Below, piece by piece: positions 48,106-53,036 of a stretch of DNA of 53,036 nucleotides (its first letter is position 1; each line of letters starts with the position of its first letter). Both the position numbers and the translations under genes were made by a program. The notes under the pieces are model-generated. The model did no database searches. It saw only the letters and a list, made by a program, of their open reading frames with translations, and was not told the DNA's origin. The stretch is from Chiloscyllium plagiosum (taxonomy: Eukaryota). The stretch lies in NCBI RefSeq assembly GCF_004010195.1, contig NC_057728.1, forward strand, positions 50,479,804 through 50,532,839. The letters run 5' to 3'.

Positions 48106-50658
48106 CCCAAATCTTGTCCTCCCTCATATCTCTTTGGCCACATGAAATATATTTGCCACCTCAACCAATTTCTGTGGTGGTGCATTTCACAAACTCACAA
48201 TTTTCTGGATGAAGGAAGTTCTCCTCGTCTTAATCCTGAAAGGTTTCCCTCTTACCCTTAAACTATGACCCCTGGTTCTGGACTTTCCTGCCATCAGAAA
48301 CATCCTTTCTGCATCTAACTTGTCTAGTCCTGTTAAATGTTGTAGGTTTCTGAGATTTCCCCAGCCCTCATTCTTCTAAACTCCAATCCTAGATGACTCA
48401 TTCTTTCTTCTTGCATTCCCAGGAGTCAATTTGGTGAACCTTTGATGCATTCCCTCTATAACAAGTACATCCTTCCTTAAATAGGCACCAAAACTCCACA
48501 TGCTTTTCCAGGCATGGCCTCATCACATGTCCTGTATAATTGCAGCAAGACATCCTTGTTTCTGTGTACTCATTATCTTGTTATGAAGACTAACATACAG
48601 TTTGCTTTCAGTGATGAGTGCACTAGGGCACCCAGGTCTCCCTTAATTCACAGTCATTCAAGTATATATGCATTTAAAATAATCTGCCTTCCTATCTTTG
48701 CCACCAAAGTGAATAACCTCATATTTCTCCAAATTATATTGTATTTGCCATGCATTTACCCACTCAGCCTATTCAAATCACACTGCAACACAGTTATAGA
48801 GATGTACAGCATGCAAGCAAACTCTTCAGTCTGACTCATCCATGCTGACCTGATATTCTGTTAATCTAGTCCTATTTGCCAACATTTGTCCCATACTCTT
48901 CTAAATGCTTCCTATTCATGTACCATCCTGACACCTTTTAAATGTTGTAATTTTACCAGCCCCCACCACTTCCTTAATGCAGCATCATTCTCGCAGCTCA
49001 CCTTTCCAGCCAACTCAGTGTTCAAATTTTGAGAGATTACATTGAGTTTTCTCATCTAAATCATTAAGATTTATTGGAATAGCTAGGGTTGTAGTACCAA
49101 TCTCTGCAGAAACCCACTAGTTGCCTGCTATTCAAGGAAAAAAAAAATTATTCCTAATGTTTCTTGTCATCTAACCAATTTTCTATCCATCTCAATGCAT
49201 TACCCTCAATTCCATGTGCTTTAATTTTACTCATTAATCTTTTATGTACGACTTTGCCAAAAAGCTATCTGAAAGTCCAAATAAAGCACATCCACTGGCT
49301 CTCCCTGATCAACTCTAGTAGTTGCATTCTCCGAGAATTCCATATATTTGTCAAGCATGATTTTCCTTTTGTAAATCCAGGAAAACTGTATCTGATTCTA
49401 CCACTGTTTTCTAAGTGCTCTGCTATAATGGACCCTGTCTTCCCTACTACTGTCAGACTTGCTGTTTGTAATTCCCTGTTTACTCTTTATTGCCCATTTT
49501 AAACAGTAGGATTACATTAGCTATCCTTCGATCTGTAGGAACCATTTCAGAGACTAAAGAATCTTGGAAGATGACCACTGATGCATACATTATTTCTCGG
49601 AGCACTTCCGTAAGTAGTCTGTGATGATGATCAGGTCCTGGGGGTTTATCAGCCTTCACTCTCAACAATTACTCCAATACCATTTCTCTAATAGATTTGG
49701 TTTAGTTTCTCCCTCTCTCTAAACCGTTTGTTCCGCACCATTTACGGTATGTTATTAGTATCCTACTTTGTGAAGACAGAAGCAAAATATGAATTTAGTT
49801 TGTCAGCCATTTTTGCTCTCCTTTGTAAATTTTCCCTGTTTGATTGTAAAGAATGTACGTTAATTTTCACCAAGTATTTTTTCTTTGCGTACCTTTAGAA
49901 ACCTTTACAGTCAGGTGTGTTCACAGCAAGCTTACTCGGATTCTCTATTTTCCTCTTAATCAATCCTTTGGTCCTCCTTTCTGACTTCTAAACTTTTCCA
50001 ATCCTCAGCTCTTTATTTTTCTTGCTAATTGGCTGCCTTTTTTTGGCATCTAATTCTATCTCCAACATTCCCCTTAAACCATACTGTCTTTCACTCTTGT
50101 GCCAGACAGGAATGTGCACTTTTTGTAGTTCATTCATTTGTTCTTTGACAGTCTGGCCACTGTCATTCCTTTCAATAACATTTCCCAATCCATTAGAGCC
50201 TACTCGCGCCTAACTATTGTAGGTTCCTTAATAAAGATTCGGGACCCTAGTTTCAGAATCAACTGCCTTACTCTCCATCTTGCTGAATTCTATCTTTTTA
50301 TGGTCTTTCAAACTACATTACCAATTATTCCTATCTTATTGTAATACCCAGTGTAAGACTGTCTGTTTTCTAGTTGGCTCCTATGTAGTATTATAACTAA
50401 TTTGATGTGCCCAACCTATATGCATTAAAGTCACCCATAATTACAGATGTTCCTTTACCTCATGCATATCCTTTTAAATGCCATTCCCAGCATTGTTGCA
50501 AATTGGTTGTTCCTATACCACACCACCAGTGTTTTTTGCCCTTTTTTACCCTCAATTCTACAAACACAGATTCTACATTGCCCGAGGTAATAACTTTAGT
50601 ATTATATTTTTATCCTCTTCACTAAGTAATGCAATTCTATCTTTTTTTTTTCCTTTTT

Positions 50659-50893
50659 GTTGTGGTTCTGTTTGCCGACCTGGGAATTTGTGTTGCAGAC
50701 ATTTCGTCCCCTGTCTAGGTGACATCCTCAGTGCTTGGGAGCCTCCTGTGAAGCGCTTCTGTGATGTTTCCTCCTGCATTTATAGTGATTTGTACCTGCC
50801 ACCTCCGGTTGTCAGTTCCAGCTGTCAGCTGCAGTGGCCGGTATATTGGGTCCAGGTCGATGTGCTTATTGATGGCATTCATCCACAGATTCC
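50659..50893 (-). mobile_element. Penelope-like family 3 3' fragment
   Basis: Minus strand INKHIDLDPIYRPL (same C-terminal motif as family 2) followed by a hammerhead core. Confidence 0.85.
50695..50734 (-). ncRNA. Minimal hammerhead-ribozyme-like motif with intact short stem I
   Basis: GCA-CTGAGGA-T-GTCACC(tagaca)GGGGAC-GAAA-TGTC-TGC. Confidence 0.7.
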
Positions 50894-51260
50894 ACAAATT
50901 AATCCCGCTCACAATAGTCTCCATTTTATTCAAAATTAATTGACAGACCATATTTTGCTGAAAAATGCCAATGTAATAATGGGTTTAGAATTAGATGCCT
51001 GTTCCACTAATTGACATGAAGTTCTTTCCAGGGGCTCAGCCCTGCAACTGCATTACAAAATAAATGCTGCAGGTCTTGCAGCATCTTTGGTCACAAACCT
51101 AAAAATGTTAATTTTGTTTTTCTCCATACCTGCTGAGTATTCCAAGCATTCTCTGTTTGTCTTTGTTTCAATACTTTCACCAGTTGGGAGCTTATAGATT
51201 TGGAACTTATTTTGGATTGATGCTATGAAGTGAAACATGCTCATAACTGTTTTATTACAG

Positions 51261-51321
51261 ATTGTCAGAAGTATATTCGTTTGGCAGTCAGGAGAAACTG
51301 AGAACGGAAGAGGAGAACAAG
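51261..51321 (+). CDS. PPFIBP1: Liprin-beta-1 linker exon ((I)LSEVYSFGSQEKLRTEEENK), 61 nt, phase 2-0
   Basis: tttattacag| ... AAG|gtttgt; phase-compatible, purine-rich; positional equivalent of human SSLQKSSSLGNLKKETSDG. Confidence 0.72.
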
Positions 51322-51456
51322 GTTTGTTTAGTTTCAGCATTTAGTCTCATGATTTAAACTAGAAAAATATTAATGCTTGTTATGCCAACTGGATCCTCAG
51401 CAACCTCCTTTGTTATATTATAGGATTTAAATTTGTTACCTTTTGTCTTTCAACAG

Positions 51457-51492
51457 AAATTATCTCTCGAACCTGTTCAGAGCCCATTGGAG
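51457..51492 (+). CDS. PPFIBP1: Probable small exon (KLSLEPVQSPLE), 36 nt, phase 0-0
   Basis: ccttttgtctttcaacag| ... GAG|gtatga; in frame. Confidence 0.65.
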
Positions 51493-51823
51493 GTATGATT
51501 TCAGTGTTGCAACTTTTTTGTTTAAAAACCCTTTTTGGGACAGAGGTGCCTATGGTGATTTGGACTGCTGTAAATCCGATAATTTTGTAAATGCTATCAA
51601 GTTGTGTGGACAAATTCAGTAAGCTTGTTTTCATTAAGCAAGACTTACCTATATATCTATTGTTAATTACTGTAGTGTTCCAGTTAAAATTAATAATCAG
51701 CTATAAGATTGCTACTTATATATTTCATACCCAATTTATGATACCAGGGCATTTCTTTCTGTTCTAATGTTGACTTTTTTTTCTCTTCTTTTCCCTTTCT
51801 GTCTCCAACAATTACACTTTCAG

Positions 51824-51853
51824 CTGGCAGGGAACATTTTGCTCTTGATTAAG
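51824..51853 (+). CDS. PPFIBP1: Candidate micro-exon (LAGNILLLIK), 30 nt, phase 0-0
   Basis: Very long pyrimidine tract (about 51774-51806), tttcag| acceptor, AAG|gttagc donor, in frame; no homology support. Confidence 0.4.
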
Positions 51854-52714
51854 GTTAGCTGTCAACATTTCTGTTAACTGGGTGAAAAATGGTCTGATTC
51901 AGTCCCGGTTAGCTGTAATTTATTTTTAAGCTTGTCCTAAGGCAGGTGGTTTTGCATTGCTGTGGTCAGTGTTACGTTAGCCTGTGAATAGGGTTGCTTG
52001 TGGCATTTTATAGGCATTCCAGAACTGTATTTGGAATCTCTAGTATTTGAATTTGAAGCTAATTATTTGATAGAGCCCAAGATATGCTTGCTAAATATTG
52101 CCATCCAAGATTGCACTTCTATGGACAATGGCCATAGTACTTTAATTGAGAACATTGACATGTAGTTGAAAATGTGTATCCTTATTTTTGAACTGCTTAA
52201 AAACTATGATCTATAATTGCAGATGGCATTTTTAAAGTGACATTTTAATAATATTGTAATTTAGCATAGCATTAAATTGGACAATACCAGCACTGCTGAT
52301 TGACTTAATCTAGCTTGCTGTGTACTATTTTTTCATCACCTAGGCAACAAAGATGGAATTTGTTTTCAGAGGGAAGTTGTTATTTTTCAAATATGTATGT
52401 TTTAAATTTGAACCTGCATAGGACTCCCTTCATTTAAAGTACAGTGATCTCCATGCCAGAAGCACCTTCTCTGCATCTTGTTTCTAGTCCTTTTGTTCTT
52501 TTTCTTTAAGTTAACCATTTTCATGATTGTTACTACAATTTACACGTGTACGTTTTTTTGTTACAAACCAGTCCACTTATGCTAGAAAATAGTGTTCAAT
52601 TAATTATTGTGGAAGACCTTAAAAATTGCTTCTGATGGGGGCCCAGTGGTTTTTGCCACTTCTGCCATATGTTAATGTCGCTTTCGCTGAAACTTCAGTT
52701 TGATAGTGCTGCCA

Positions 52715-53036
52715 ATATTGGTGTCTACGTGAATGGTTAGGACAAAAATTGGGCCCTTGAAGACAGAAACAGGGGAATATATTACTAGGAACAAAGAAAT
52801 GGCAGAGGAATTAAATGGGTACTTCAGATCTGTGTTCACTTGGGAAGACACAAGCAATCTCCCTGAGGTAACAGTGGCTGAAGGACCTAAACTTAAGGGA
52901 ATTTATATTTGCCAGGATTTGGTGTGGGAGAGGCTGTTAGGTCTGAAGGTTGATAAGTCTCCAGGGCCTGATGGTCTGCATCCCAGGGTACTGAAGGAGG
53001 TGGCTCAGGAAATCGTGGATGCGTTGGTGATTATCT
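52715..53036 (+). mobile_element. CR1 LINE ORF2 fragment running off the window
   Basis: KEMAEELNGYFRSVFT..GLKVDKSPGPDGLHPRVLKEVAQEIVDALVI. Confidence 0.9.

Larger units (their letters stand above)
47304..50640 (-). mobile_element. Long degenerate CR1 (different 3' tail) with nested insertions
   Basis: ORFs 49480..49668(-) DKPPGPD..PTDRRIANVI, 49988..50188(-); resumes at 48106 after the insertion. Confidence 0.82.

Overview
Repeat-rich genomic DNA from a cartilaginous fish (shark-type HE1/V-SINEs, Deu-domain SINE, CR1 LINEs; species not determinable from sequence alone). The + strand carries an internal part of the liprin-beta-1 gene (PPFIBP1): 12 confidently phased coding exons from TNGHISVTGDAYQDRLARLEGDKESLVLQ (3629) to ...KLRTEEENK (51321), plus candidate extra or micro exons. 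The start codon and SAM-domain exons lie outside the window. Introns hold many degenerate CR1 copies, one near-full-length but internally deleted antisense L1, tRNA-derived SINEs, a TA-flanked MITE, probable solo LTRs and at least four families of Penelope-like fragments. Most notable: (i) those Penelope-like fragments carry minimal hammerhead-ribozyme cores with compensatory base changes between families, one inside an 84-bp near-perfect hairpin insertion; (ii) a candidate frame-preserving 102-nt exon (9052-9153) encoding an extra copy of the liprin-beta coiled-coil repeat; (iii) ~1-kb inverted CR1 copies bracketing one exon. Family and orthologue names rest on my recollection of consensus sequences, not on a database search; repeat boundaries are approximate unless a target-site duplication (TSD) is given.
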